Positions 9,854 to 18,777 of a DNA stretch of 64,000 nucleotides are shown one piece after another. Position 1 is the first letter of the stretch. Every line of letters starts with the position of its first letter. The translations under genes and the position numbers were made by a program. Under the pieces are notes generated by a model. It made no database searches. It was not told the DNA's origin and was given only the letters and a program-made list of their open reading frames with translations. The DNA is from an uncultured Acidobacteriota bacterium (lineage in GTDB: Bacteria > Acidobacteriota > Polarisedimenticolia > Polarisedimenticolales > JAIQFR01): positions 9,095-73,094 of the forward strand of contig CALMJU010000070.1 of assembly GCA_937864465.1 (NCBI GenBank), written 5' to 3'.

Positions 9854-10732
9854 TTGGGGGAGATCCGGGTCGGGGTCGCGGGCTGGGACTATCCGGACTG
9901 GCGCGGGACCGTCTACCCCGCGCATCCGCCCGGCGGGTTCGACCGTCTCGCCCACCTCGCGCGGTTCGTCGATTGCGTCGAGGTGAACTCCACGTTCTAC
10001 CGCCCGGCGGATCCCCGCCGGTCCTCGTCCTGGCCTCGAAGGACCGAGGGGAAGCCCGGCTTCCGGTTCACCGCCAAGGCGCACCGCTCGTGGACGCACG
10101 AACGGGAGGCCGCGCCGGATTCCGCCGTGTCGGCCACGCTGGCCGGCCTGGCTCCGCTGCGCGAGGCGGAAGTGCTCGGCGCGCTGCTCGTGCAGTTCCC
10201 GCACTCGTTCCACCGCTCCCCCGCGGCGCTGGAGAGGATCGAGCGCCTGCTCGGCCTCCTCCCGGACTGGCCGGTCGTCCTCGAGGTGCGGCACTCCTCC
10301 TGGGCCGATCCCGCCGTGCCCGGATGGCTCCGAGAGCGGGGAGCGGGGCTCGCCGCGGTCGATCAGCCGCGCATCGGAGGATCGACGCTCGAGGCGACGT
10401 TCGAGGCCTCGGGGCCCGTCGCCTACCTCAGGCTCCACGGCCGCAACGCGGCGGCGTGGTTCCGGGAGGGCGCCGGGCGCGATGCCCGGTACGACTGGCT
10501 CTACACGGAGGAGGAACTCGCGCCTCTCGCCGAGAGCACGCGGCGCGCGGCCTCGCAGGCGAGAGAGACCTTCGTCATCCAGAACAATCACTTCCGGGGC
10601 CAGGCCCTCGCGAACGCCCTCATGATGAAACGGTTGCTCGGCGCGAGCCCTCCGGACGCCCCAGGGGAGCTGGTCGACGCGTTCCCGGACCTCCGCCGCT
10701 TCGTACGATCCCGGGGCGGCCGCCTGCTCTGA
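9854..10732 (+). CDS. DUF72 family protein
   Basis: VGVAGWDYPDW, VEVNSTFY, LLVQFPHSF, EVRHSSW, YLRLHGRN, RYDWLY and NNH. Confidence 0.92.
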   Translation: MGEIRVGVAGWDYPDWRGTVYPAHPPGGFDRLAHLARFVDCVEVNSTFYRPADPRRSSSWPRRTEGKPGFRFTAKAHRSWTHEREAAPDSAVSATLAGLAPLREAEVLGALLVQFPHSFHRSPAALERIERLLGLLPDWPVVLEVRHSSWADPAVPGWLRERGAGLAAVDQPRIGGSTLEATFEASGPVAYLRLHGRNAAAWFREGAGRDARYDWLYTEEELAPLAESTRRAASQARETFVIQNNHFRGQALANALMMKRLLGASPPDAPGELVDAFPDLRRFVRSRGGRLL

Positions 10733-10734
10733 GG

Positions 10735-11553
10735 TCAGCCCCGGTCCTGCTTCGGATCCGAATCCAGGGGCGCCTCGAGATAGCGCCTCGCCTCCGAGGC
10801 GTAGCGTCCCCCTGGATAATCCGCGAGGAGCTTGTCGAGGTAGATGCTCCCCTCCGCGCGGTTCTTCCCGAGGATCAGGACCCGCCCGAGCTCGAAGTAG
10901 ATCTTCTCCTTCTCGGGGTACGACGGATACCGATCGAGGATTCCCCGGAAGCGATCGGCCGCGGCCAGGTACGCTTTCCGGCGGGCGTAGAAGCGGCCGA
11001 CCTCGTACTCGTGCTCGGCCAGGTTCCTCTCCGCCGCCGCCACCATGCCCCGAGCCGCCCGGGCGTAGGGGGAGCCGGGCCAGCGGCGCTCGATCTCGAG
11101 CAGGTCCTCGATCGCGATGCGCGTCTGGCCCTGGTCCCGCGTCGGATGCCCGACCTGGCGGAACGAGCACATGCCGGTCTGGAACTGGGCGTAGGCGGCG
11201 CGCGGATGATCGCCGTATAGCGTCACGAACTCGAGGTACTTCGACCGGGCCTCGATCAGGGAGTAGTCGTCGCCGGTGTAGAACAGCACGTCGGCGAGGG
11301 CGAGCCGGACCTCGGGCTCCAGCTCGGCGCGGTTCTCGGCCGTGAACTGTACCGCCTCGAGGAGGGACTTCGCCTTCGTCAGATGGCGCCGCCCGATCTC
11401 TTCGAGCGCGCGCTCGTAGTTCTCCCGTCCGGGACCGGCCGCTCCCGGGACGAACGTCCCCCGCTTGCGGAACGGATGGCATCCCGCGCCGGGCAGCACG
11501 AACGCCGCCGCCAGGACGAGGACGAGGAGGCCGCGGACTCGAGCGGAGGTCAT
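10735..11553 (-). CDS. bamD: Outer membrane protein assembly factor BamD (TPR lipoprotein)
   Basis: Lipobox GAGC, FVTLYGDHPRAAYAQF, RDQGQT, NLAEHEYEVGRFY and YLAAADRF. Confidence 0.88.
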   Translation of the reverse strand: MTSARVRGLLVLVLAAAFVLPGAGCHPFRKRGTFVPGAAGPGRENYERALEEIGRRHLTKAKSLLEAVQFTAENRAELEPEVRLALADVLFYTGDDYSLIEARSKYLEFVTLYGDHPRAAYAQFQTGMCSFRQVGHPTRDQGQTRIAIEDLLEIERRWPGSPYARAARGMVAAAERNLAEHEYEVGRFYARRKAYLAAADRFRGILDRYPSYPEKEKIYFELGRVLILGKNRAEGSIYLDKLLADYPGGRYASEARRYLEAPLDSDPKQDRG

Positions 11554-11993
11554 GCGCGCTCCCGGGGCGCATCCCCGAGACTCCGGGCCAGCCCGGCCGG
11601 GAGCCTCCGGGGGCGCCGATCGCGGCCGACCGCCGCGTGCACCGTGAATCCGGACGCGAGGAGAACCCCCGAGCCCTCGCGCTCCACCGTGTATTCGAAA
11701 CGGACCCTGGCCCCGCGCGCGGAAACCAGACGCGTCGTGATCCGGACCTCCTCGTCGTAGACGGCCGGCCGGCGATACGTCGCGCCGAGCTCGGCGACGG
11801 GGAACAGGATCCCTTCGCGGTCCTCGATCTCGCCGTACGGGCATCCGAGATCGCGCAGGAGCTCCGTACGCCCCAGCTCGAACCAGACGGCGTAGCTCGC
11901 GTGATGGGCCATGCCCATCCGATCGGTCTCCGGATAGCGGACACGGGCCGTCGTGCGGCCCGCGGGGCGGCCCTCGGCGTCGGGGATCAGCAC
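11550..11993 (-). CDS. Acyl-CoA thioesterase, YbgC/FadM (4HBT hot-dog) family
   Basis: RVRYPETDRMGMAHHASYAVWFELGRTE. Confidence 0.9.
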   Translation of the reverse strand: MLIPDAEGRPAGRTTARVRYPETDRMGMAHHASYAVWFELGRTELLRDLGCPYGEIEDREGILFPVAELGATYRRPAVYDEEVRITTRLVSARGARVRFEYTVEREGSGVLLASGFTVHAAVGRDRRPRRLPAGLARSLGDAPRERA

Positions 11994-12664
11994 CGGTCCC
12001 TCGCGCCCGCGGAGAGCCGCTCGACCAGGAGCCGCGTGCTCCCGCCCGCGTCCCCGCCCCCGAACACCGCGTGCCCTGCGACGACCCAGTCGGCGCCCGC
12101 GCGAACGACATCCTCCACGTTCTCGTGCGTGATCCCCCCGTCGATCTCGATCGCGACCGGGAGGCGTTCCCGGTCGATCCGCTCGCGGAGGAGCCTCACC
12201 TTGCGCAGGGAAGAGGGAAGGAACGCCTGCCCGCCGAAGCCCGGATTCACCGACATGACGAGCACGAAATCGACGATCGGCAGGACCTCCTCGATCGCCA
12301 CGTGGGGGGTGGCCGGGTTCAACACGACGCCCGCTTTCGCGCCGAGTCCTCGTATCGCTCGCAGCGTCCGGTCGAGGTGCCGCGCGGCCTCGACGTGTAC
12401 CGAGATCGAGTCGGCCCCGGCCGCCCGGAACGGCTCGATCCAGCGGTCCGGGTCCTCGACCATCAGATGGCAGTCCAACGGAAGCCCGGTCGCTCGGCGC
12501 ACCGCCCGGACCACGACCGGACCGATCGTGATGTTGGGAACGAAGCGCCCGTCCATCACGTCCACGTGGACGAGGCCGGCGCCGGCCGCCTCGACCGCCC
12601 GCACCTCCTCCGCGAGGCGGCCGAAGTCGGCCGAAAGGATCGACGGTGCCAGCAGCGGTTTCAC
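11987..12664 (-). CDS. rpe: Ribulose-phosphate 3-epimerase
   Basis: APSILSADF, HVDVMDGRFVPN, DCHLM, MSVNPGFGGQ and IDGG. Confidence 0.97.
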   Translation of the reverse strand: MKPLLAPSILSADFGRLAEEVRAVEAAGAGLVHVDVMDGRFVPNITIGPVVVRAVRRATGLPLDCHLMVEDPDRWIEPFRAAGADSISVHVEAARHLDRTLRAIRGLGAKAGVVLNPATPHVAIEEVLPIVDFVLVMSVNPGFGGQAFLPSSLRKVRLLRERIDRERLPVAIEIDGGITHENVEDVVRAGADWVVAGHAVFGGGDAGGSTRLLVERLSAGARDRC

Positions 12665-12690
12665 TCTTGTCGTCTCCGGTGTCGCGTCGC

Positions 12691-13437
12691 CTACCGGGCG
12701 ACCGTGAGGTCCACGGCGTCCTTCGCCCTCACAGGATAGCCCGCGAGCGGCAGTTGGCCCACGACCGTTCCCGGGGCCCGTCCGGTCGAATCCAGCCGTC
12801 GCACGGCTCCCTTCCGGAAGCCCGATTCCTCGATCCATCGCTCGACCCGAGCGAGCGACAGCCCCGAGAGATCCGGCATGACCCATCGCGGCGCCATCTC
12901 TCCCTCGGAGACGAGCCGGTGCACGCGGACGCCTGGCACGGCGGGGGTCCCCGCCGGGGGGACTTGCGCCAGGACCGTCCCGGCCTGCGCGCCGCGCGCC
13001 GGGATCGCCGCGCGCTCCCCGGGCACCAGCCCCTCCTGCCGGATCTCCATCGACTCCGTCCGGTCGGGTTTCCCCACGAGGTCCGGGACCGAGATCACTT
13101 TCCCTCCCAGGCTGACGGTGAGACGGATCTTCCGCCCGCGCCGAACCGAGGAGCCGGGAGGAGGCTGCTGCTGGAGCACGCGGCCGCTCGAGACCCCTGG
13201 GTCGTTCCGTTCCTGCGCGACTTCCACGACGAGGTCTCGGGCGTTCGCCGCGCGCGCCGCCTCCTCCCGCGTCATCCCGGTGAGGTCGGGAACCGTTGCC
13301 TGGCCGCCGCGCGTCTCGATCTTGAGCGTCGCGAAGAACGCGGCCAGTGCGACGAGGCCGAGAACGAGACTTCCTCCGGCGATCCAGGCGACGGCGGCAC
13401 CGACGGTCTGCCACGCCTTTCGCTTCGTCGCGTCCAT
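12691..13437 (-). CDS. Membrane-anchored PASTA-domain protein (3 repeats)
   Basis: TM helix followed by VPDLTG, VPDLVG and MPDLSG repeats, each with V..Q.P..G. Confidence 0.88.
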   Translation of the reverse strand: MDATKRKAWQTVGAAVAWIAGGSLVLGLVALAAFFATLKIETRGGQATVPDLTGMTREEAARAANARDLVVEVAQERNDPGVSSGRVLQQQPPPGSSVRRGRKIRLTVSLGGKVISVPDLVGKPDRTESMEIRQEGLVPGERAAIPARGAQAGTVLAQVPPAGTPAVPGVRVHRLVSEGEMAPRWVMPDLSGLSLARVERWIEESGFRKGAVRRLDSTGRAPGTVVGQLPLAGYPVRAKDAVDLTVAR

Positions 13438-13489
13438 CCGATCCCCTTCCGAACGGGACATTATAGAGGTCGCGCTCGACGGGCTCCGC

Positions 13490-14260
13490 TCACCAGCCGC
13501 CGGTCGCGCCCCCGCCTCCCGACATCCCGCCGCCTCCCGAGAAGCCGCCTCCGCCGAAGCCGCCTCCCGGGAAGCCGCTGCCGGGCCCTCCCCAGAAGAT
13601 CTGCCGGCCCCCGCGTCCCGCGCGGGAGCTCCGGCGCGAAGGACCGCGGAGGGCCGAGATCAGGAACCCGAGAAGAATCAGCAAGACGAAGGCGAGCGGG
13701 AGCCAGGCCCCGGCCCGGGAACGTCGCCGGGGATCGGCCCGAAATTCCCCCTTCGTCGCCGCGACGATCGCGCGACACGCGGCCTCGATGCCTCCCGCGA
13801 AGTCCCCGCTCCGGAACCGCGGGGCGAGGACCTCCGAGAGGATCCGCGCCGAAGCGGCGTCGGTGAGTCGCCCCTCGAGACCGTAGCCGACCTCGATCCG
13901 GACCCGGCGCTCCGCGAGGAAGACGGCGACGAGCACGCCGTTGTCCCGGCCGCGCCGACCGAGCTTCCACGCCTCGAAGAGGCGGGCGGCGAAGTCCGCC
14001 GCGTCCTCGCCGTCGAGCGACGGGAAGATCGCGACCGCGATCTGGTCCGTCGAGTCCCTCTCGTGCTGCGCGAGGAGCCGCTCGATCCTGTCTCGCGCGG
14101 CTGGATCGATCGCTCCCGCATAGTCGCTCACCCGGCCGAGGGGGGTACCGGGGACCTCGAGGGCGATCGCGGGGCGGAGCGCGACGAGGAGGGCGGCCAG
14201 CGCCGCCGCCCGGAAACGGCGCCGCGCCCGCGCGGCCGCCGGGAACGAGGGATCTCTCAC
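13490..14260 (-). CDS. TPM-domain protein (YgcG family)
   Basis: DQIAVA, DNGVL, RIEVGYGLEG, TM helix and Gly-rich tail FSGGGGMSGGGGATGGW. Confidence 0.92.
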   Translation of the reverse strand: MRDPSFPAAARARRRFRAAALAALLVALRPAIALEVPGTPLGRVSDYAGAIDPAARDRIERLLAQHERDSTDQIAVAIFPSLDGEDAADFAARLFEAWKLGRRGRDNGVLVAVFLAERRVRIEVGYGLEGRLTDAASARILSEVLAPRFRSGDFAGGIEAACRAIVAATKGEFRADPRRRSRAGAWLPLAFVLLILLGFLISALRGPSRRSSRAGRGGRQIFWGGPGSGFPGGGFGGGGFSGGGGMSGGGGATGGW

Positions 14261-14273
14261 GCCGCGCGCGACG

Positions 14274-14876
14274 TCAGAACTCGACCTTGGGGGCCCGGTC
14301 CGCCCCCGCGTCGGCCTCGAAGAACGCCTTCGCCCGGAATCCGAAGACGCCCGCCATCATCGAGGCGGGAAACACGCGGATCGCCGTGTTGTACCCCTGA
14401 ACCGCCTCGTTGAACCGGCGCCTCTCGACCGCGATCCGGTTCTCGGTTCCCTCGATCTGGCTCTGCAGGTCCCGGAAGGCCTGCGTCGCCGTCAGCTGCG
14501 GGTAGTTCTCCACCGTGACGAGCAGGCGCGACAGCGCTCCCGACAGTTCTCCCTGCGCCTGCTGGAACTGGCGGAACCTCGCGGGATCGTTCATCAGCTC
14601 CGGCGACATCACGATCTGCGACGCCCTCGCCCGCGCCTCGGTGACCTCCCGGAAGGTGCTCTGCTCGAAGTCCGCGGCTCCCTTGACGGTCTCCACGAGG
14701 TTCGGGATCAGGTCCATGCGCCGCTGGTAGACGTTCTCCACCTGCGACCAACTCGAATCCACCCCGATCTGAGCCCGGACCAAGCCGTTGTAGATGCCGA
14801 TCGCCCAGCCGCCGACGAGCAGGGCGGCGAGGAGGAGCACGATCGCAACGATGCCGCAGCCGATCCATCCTTTCAT
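14274..14876 (-). CDS. lemA: LemA family protein
   Basis: YNGLV, WSQVENVYQRRMDLIPNLVETVKG, ENYPQL and EGTENRIAVERRRFN. RBS AAGGAGG. Confidence 0.93.
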   Translation of the reverse strand: MKGWIGCGIVAIVLLLAALLVGGWAIGIYNGLVRAQIGVDSSWSQVENVYQRRMDLIPNLVETVKGAADFEQSTFREVTEARARASQIVMSPELMNDPARFRQFQQAQGELSGALSRLLVTVENYPQLTATQAFRDLQSQIEGTENRIAVERRRFNEAVQGYNTAIRVFPASMMAGVFGFRAKAFFEADAGADRAPKVEF

Positions 14877-14971
14877 CGATGAAGCCTCCTTCCGGACGCG
14901 AACCCGCGCGGCCCGCGCGCCCGACACGCCATTCTAGCAGCGCGGCCGCCGCATCCCTCCGGCCCCCCGTC

Positions 14972-15907
14972 TCATTCGATCCGCTCCCCCGGTCGGAGCA
15001 CGCGGCCGTTCACCGCGTCGCGCGCGCCCATGACGCGGCGCCCGTCCGGCTGCAAGGAGGAAACGGCGAGCACGCTCCCTCCCCCGCAGACGATCCGCAG
15101 GGAGTCCCCCGAAAGGCCCAGGATCGTTCCCGACGGCTCGCTCGAGGTCTCGCCGGCGAGCGCTCTCGCCTCCGCTAGCCGGATCCTGCGCCCCCGGTGC
15201 CTCAGCCAGGCTCCCGGCCACGGGTCGAAGCCCCTCACCCTCCCCTCGATCGCGCGCGCGGGGAGCGCCGGCCCCACGTCACCGTCCGCGGCCGCGAGAC
15301 GGGGCGCGTAGGTGGCGAAGGCGGGGTCTTGCGGCACCGGCGTCACCGTCCCTTCCTCGATCCGGGCGAGCGTCTCGACGAGGAGCGCGGCGCCGACGGT
15401 CGACAGCCGGTCGGCGAGCGCGGGCGCGTGCTCGCCGTCCTCGATCCGAGCCTGCGCGCGAAGCAGAACGTCCCCCTCGTCGAGCAGTGCGTTCATCCGC
15501 ATCGTCGTCACCCCCGTCACCGCGTCCCCGCTCGCGAGCGCCCACTGCACCGGCGCGGCGCCCCGCCAGCGCGGCAGCAGCGAGAAGTGGACGTTGACCG
15601 CTCCGTGCGGCGCCGCGGCGAGGATCGGCTCGGGAAGGATCCGCCCGTAGGCGACGACGACCAGCACGTCGGGCGCCGCGGCCTCGATCGTCCGGAGGAA
15701 TCGCTCCTCCTTCACCCGGTCGGGCTGGACCAGAGGTAGGCCGGCGGCGAGAGCGGCCTCTTTCACGGGAGGCGGCAGCGGGACCGTGGAGCGCCCCGCG
15801 GGCCGGTCTGGCTGCGTGACGGCGAGGGCGAGACTGTGACCCGCCGAGAGAAGCGCGCGCAGTGCCGGCACCGCGATCCGGGGGGTTCCGAGAAAGACGA
15901 CTCTCAC
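14972..15907 (-). CDS. fmt: Methionyl-tRNA formyltransferase
   Basis: VFLGTP, VTQPDRPAGR, VVAYGRIL, NVHFSLLPRWRGAAP and PWPGAW. Confidence 0.96.
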   Translation of the reverse strand: MRVVFLGTPRIAVPALRALLSAGHSLALAVTQPDRPAGRSTVPLPPPVKEAALAAGLPLVQPDRVKEERFLRTIEAAAPDVLVVVAYGRILPEPILAAAPHGAVNVHFSLLPRWRGAAPVQWALASGDAVTGVTTMRMNALLDEGDVLLRAQARIEDGEHAPALADRLSTVGAALLVETLARIEEGTVTPVPQDPAFATYAPRLAAADGDVGPALPARAIEGRVRGFDPWPGAWLRHRGRRIRLAEARALAGETSSEPSGTILGLSGDSLRIVCGGGSVLAVSSLQPDGRRVMGARDAVNGRVLRPGERIE

Positions 15908-16434
15908 TTCGCCGCTGCCGAGTTCCAAGTGCCGTCGCGGATGCGCTTCCGGATCTGGCGCTTGACGATCCCGCGCTTGAGCGGCGAGACGGCGTCGAGG
16001 AACGTGGTCCCGTCCAGGTGAGCGATCTCGTGGACCAGGGCGCGAGCCATCAACCCCTCGCCGACGAACCGGAATGTCACGCCCTCGAGGTCTCTCGCCT
16101 CGACCGTGACGCGAAAGGGACGCTCCGTCTGGAGCGTGACCCCCGGGAACGAGAGACACCCCTCGTCGCCCGTCTGGCTGCCCTCCGCGGCGAGGATCTC
16201 GGGATTGACGAATACCCGGAGATCGCCGGGGTTCTCTCCGACGCTGAGATCGACGACCATCAGGCGCTTCGGCACCCCGACCTGGTTCGCCGCCAGGCCG
16301 ACTCCCGGCTCCGCGTACATCGTCTCGACCATGTCCCGGACGATGGCGCGGATCTCGTCCGTGATCTCCCCGATCTTCTCGGTCGGCTCGAGGAGGACCG
16401 GTTCCGGGTAGAGCACGATCGGACGGATCGCCAT
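15904..16434 (-). CDS. def: Peptide deformylase
   Basis: GVGLAANQVG, EGCLS and HEIAHLDG. Confidence 0.96.
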   Translation of the reverse strand: MAIRPIVLYPEPVLLEPTEKIGEITDEIRAIVRDMVETMYAEPGVGLAANQVGVPKRLMVVDLSVGENPGDLRVFVNPEILAAEGSQTGDEGCLSFPGVTLQTERPFRVTVEARDLEGVTFRFVGEGLMARALVHEIAHLDGTTFLDAVSPLKRGIVKRQIRKRIRDGTWNSAAAK

Positions 16435-16487
16435 CAGAGCACCCGCGCGCCGGAACTGTCTTGTTTTCCGACGGTTGCCGCATGCCG

Positions 16488-16517
16488 ACGGTAACACCTG
16501 GGTCGGAAGGCCGTCAA
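16488..16517 (-). promoter_or_regulatory. Putative sigma-70 promoter for def-fmt (TTGACG-N18-TACCGT, extended TG)
   Basis: Read on the minus strand about 55 nt upstream of the def ATG. Confidence 0.45.
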
Positions 16518-16636
16518 GGCGGCCGAGGGGACGGCTGTCCCCCGAAGCGGACGCGCCGCGGCCGGGCGGAGGACATCCCCGGGGTCCCGCCCCCGCGAAA
16601 CCTGCGAGAGATCGAGCGACCCGCCCGCGGGCCGGG

Positions 16637-16652
16637 TGGCACGCCCGGTGCA
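16637..16652 (+). promoter_or_regulatory. Sigma-54 (RpoN) -24/-12 promoter
   Basis: TGGCACGCCCGGTGCA matches TGGCACG-N4-TTGCW with exact GG-N10-GC spacing, about 50 nt upstream of the GGAGG RBS and ATG at 16702. Confidence 0.75.
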
Positions 16653-16701
16653 CAGGAGCGGCTCCCTGGGGCGACCCGGAAGTGCTGCCCGGGAGGTGGC
16701 G

Positions 16702-18690
16702 ATGAAACGGAACGTACGGACCTTCGCTGTCGCGATCCTCGCGATCGGCCTTTCCGCCGCCACCCCGGCCCAGGACGATCCGGGGGTCTACGAAGACGGG
16801 TACGGCGACGGGAACTTCGGCCGGATCCGGTATCTGGAGAACGGGGCGACCATCGTTCGATCGGGCTCGGAGGCGGGCGAGCGTTTCGGCGCCGGCGAGC
16901 CGTCGGCGAATAGCCCGATCTTTCCTGGCGACTCGATTCGAGCCGGCCGCGACCAGCGCGTGGAGGTCCAGCTGGCGAGCGGCACGATCCTGAGGCTCGA
17001 CCGGGACGGGGAGCTCGCGTTCCAGGCCCTGCCCCGATCCGGCGCCGCCTACCGGGACAACACGATCCTCTCTCTCGGCGTCGGAACGCTCCGGGTTGCT
17101 TCCCGAGAAGCTGACGACGAGGACTTCCGGATCGACACGCCGTCCTCCTCGGTCTACGTCCTCGGAGAGGCCGACCTGCGCATCGACGTCGACGGGAGCG
17201 GCATCACCGAGGTCTTCTCCCGGCGAGGCGTCATCGAGGTCGGCGGCGAAGGGGGATCGGTCCTGGTGCGCGCCGGAATGCGGACGGTGGTCGAGCCGGG
17301 AAGAATGCCCGCCGATCCTCGGCCTTCGAACACGCTCACGGGAGACGGCTTCGACTCCTGGTGCGATGCGAGGGACCGCGAGTACGCCCGAAGAGAAGGC
17401 GTCGCGAGCGGCCGGGACCCTGCAGTCTACGAGGACCTTCCGTACGAGGTCCGGCCCTATTACGGCGAGCTGTCCGCCTACGGCTCCTGGGCGTACGTTC
17501 CCACGTTCGGGCTGGTCTGGTATCCATCGGGTGTAGGCGCCGACTGGCGGCCTTACTGGGACGGGTACTGGAGCTACGGCCCGGCCGGCTACTTCTGGAT
17601 CGCGAGCGAGCCGTGGGGCTGGGCGCCCCATCACTTCGGCCGCTGGACCTGGGTGGCCGGCTACGGATGGTGCTGGGTTCCCGGGTCGGTGTTCGGCGGC
17701 GCCTGGGTTTCTTGGTCCTGGGGCTCCCTCTACGTCGGGTGGGCCCCGCTTGATTTCTGGAACTACCCCTGCATCGGCGGGATCGCGTTCGCCGGATACT
17801 ACGACCCCTACTGCTGGACGTTCGTCCGATACGACCACTTCGGGTACTACCGGCCGTATCCCCGTTATGCGGTGCCCGTTTCGTCGGTGCTTCCGGCGCA
17901 GGGCGGGGCGGCGATCGTGACCCGTCCACCGCGGGTGTCGCCTAGGAACTACGCGACGAGCGCGGCGGCGCGGGACCGGGCCGTGAGGCAGGCGTCGGAG
18001 GACCGGGCGGCGCGGTTGCCGGCAAGCCGGGCCGCATTCCAGAGGACCGACGAGCACCGGTTCGTCGAGACCGAAAGGCACCGCGCCCTCGATCGCCGCG
18101 GGCCCTCGTCCGACCCGGCGTCCTTCCGCCGCGGTCCTGTCGGGCGACAACCAACCGCGAGCGCGCCCTCCCGGATCGCAGCCCCCGGCAAGGCGCGAGC
18201 CACCGGTCCGGCCGAGCCGCGTGCCCCAGAGGCGAGCGCGTCGCCGCGACGGAGCGGAGAGCCGACGACGGGCGGCTTCCCCCGGCGCTACACGAGAGAT
18301 CCGTCGCGCGAGAGCGGCGAGGAGCGGAGGCCGCAGGCCGCGCCGCCGACGGCCGGCGACGATCGGCCCGCGACGCGGGAACAGCTTCGCAACATGTACG
18401 ACCGCTTCTCGAGCCGCCGCGAGACGCGGCCCCGGCAGGACCCCGGCGAGACCAGTCCCTCGAGGGAGTCGGCGGGCCCCTCGAGGACCGTCCGCGAAGG
18501 CAGGCCGCAGGCGCCCGCCGAGCAGAGGGCGAACCCGCGCCGCCCCGAGCAGAAGCCGCAGAGCGCGAAACCTCCGAGCGCTTCCCCGCGGCCGCAGCGC
18601 CCCGAGACCTCCTCCCGAGGAACGGGACAGAAGCGGGAGAACAAGCCCTCGTCCTCCCAGAATCACCGGGAGAAGGCGCGGAGGAGGTAA
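16702..18690 (+). CDS. Exported FecR-like / DUF6600-type protein with long disordered R/P/S/E tail
   Basis: Signal peptide, FecR-like beta region (GDSIRAG...EVQLASG), Trp-rich DUF6600-like LSAYGSW...WRPYWDGYW...EPWGWAPHHFGRW, and a low-complexity C-terminus. Confidence 0.85.
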   Translation: MKRNVRTFAVAILAIGLSAATPAQDDPGVYEDGYGDGNFGRIRYLENGATIVRSGSEAGERFGAGEPSANSPIFPGDSIRAGRDQRVEVQLASGTILRLDRDGELAFQALPRSGAAYRDNTILSLGVGTLRVASREADDEDFRIDTPSSSVYVLGEADLRIDVDGSGITEVFSRRGVIEVGGEGGSVLVRAGMRTVVEPGRMPADPRPSNTLTGDGFDSWCDARDREYARREGVASGRDPAVYEDLPYEVRPYYGELSAYGSWAYVPTFGLVWYPSGVGADWRPYWDGYWSYGPAGYFWIASEPWGWAPHHFGRWTWVAGYGWCWVPGSVFGGAWVSWSWGSLYVGWAPLDFWNYPCIGGIAFAGYYDPYCWTFVRYDHFGYYRPYPRYAVPVSSVLPAQGGAAIVTRPPRVSPRNYATSAAARDRAVRQASEDRAARLPASRAAFQRTDEHRFVETERHRALDRRGPSSDPASFRRGPVGRQPTASAPSRIAAPGKARATGPAEPRAPEASASPRRSGEPTTGGFPRRYTRDPSRESGEERRPQAAPPTAGDDRPATREQLRNMYDRFSSRRETRPRQDPGETSPSRESAGPSRTVREGRPQAPAEQRANPRRPEQKPQSAKPPSASPRPQRPETSSRGTGQKRENKPSSSQNHREKARRR

Positions 18691-18742
18691 CGAGAATTCG
18701 GGAAGTGTCTCCGACTCCGGCCCCCCTCATCCGGCAGTCGGA

Positions 18743-18773
18743 GCGGGCCGGCGGCGTCGTGCCGCCGGCCCGC
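18743..18773. terminator. GC-rich hairpin between convergent genes (putative terminator)
   Basis: GCGGGCCGGCGGC-gtcgt-GCCGCCGGCCCGC forms a perfect 13-bp stem. No U-tract. Confidence 0.55.
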
Positions 18774-18777
18774 CTTG

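Noticed and set aside
16435-16700. Structured ncRNA (SRP/6S/tRNA) in the def-DUF6600 intergenic region
   Set aside because: No recognisable conserved motifs. The region is accounted for by two divergent promoters.
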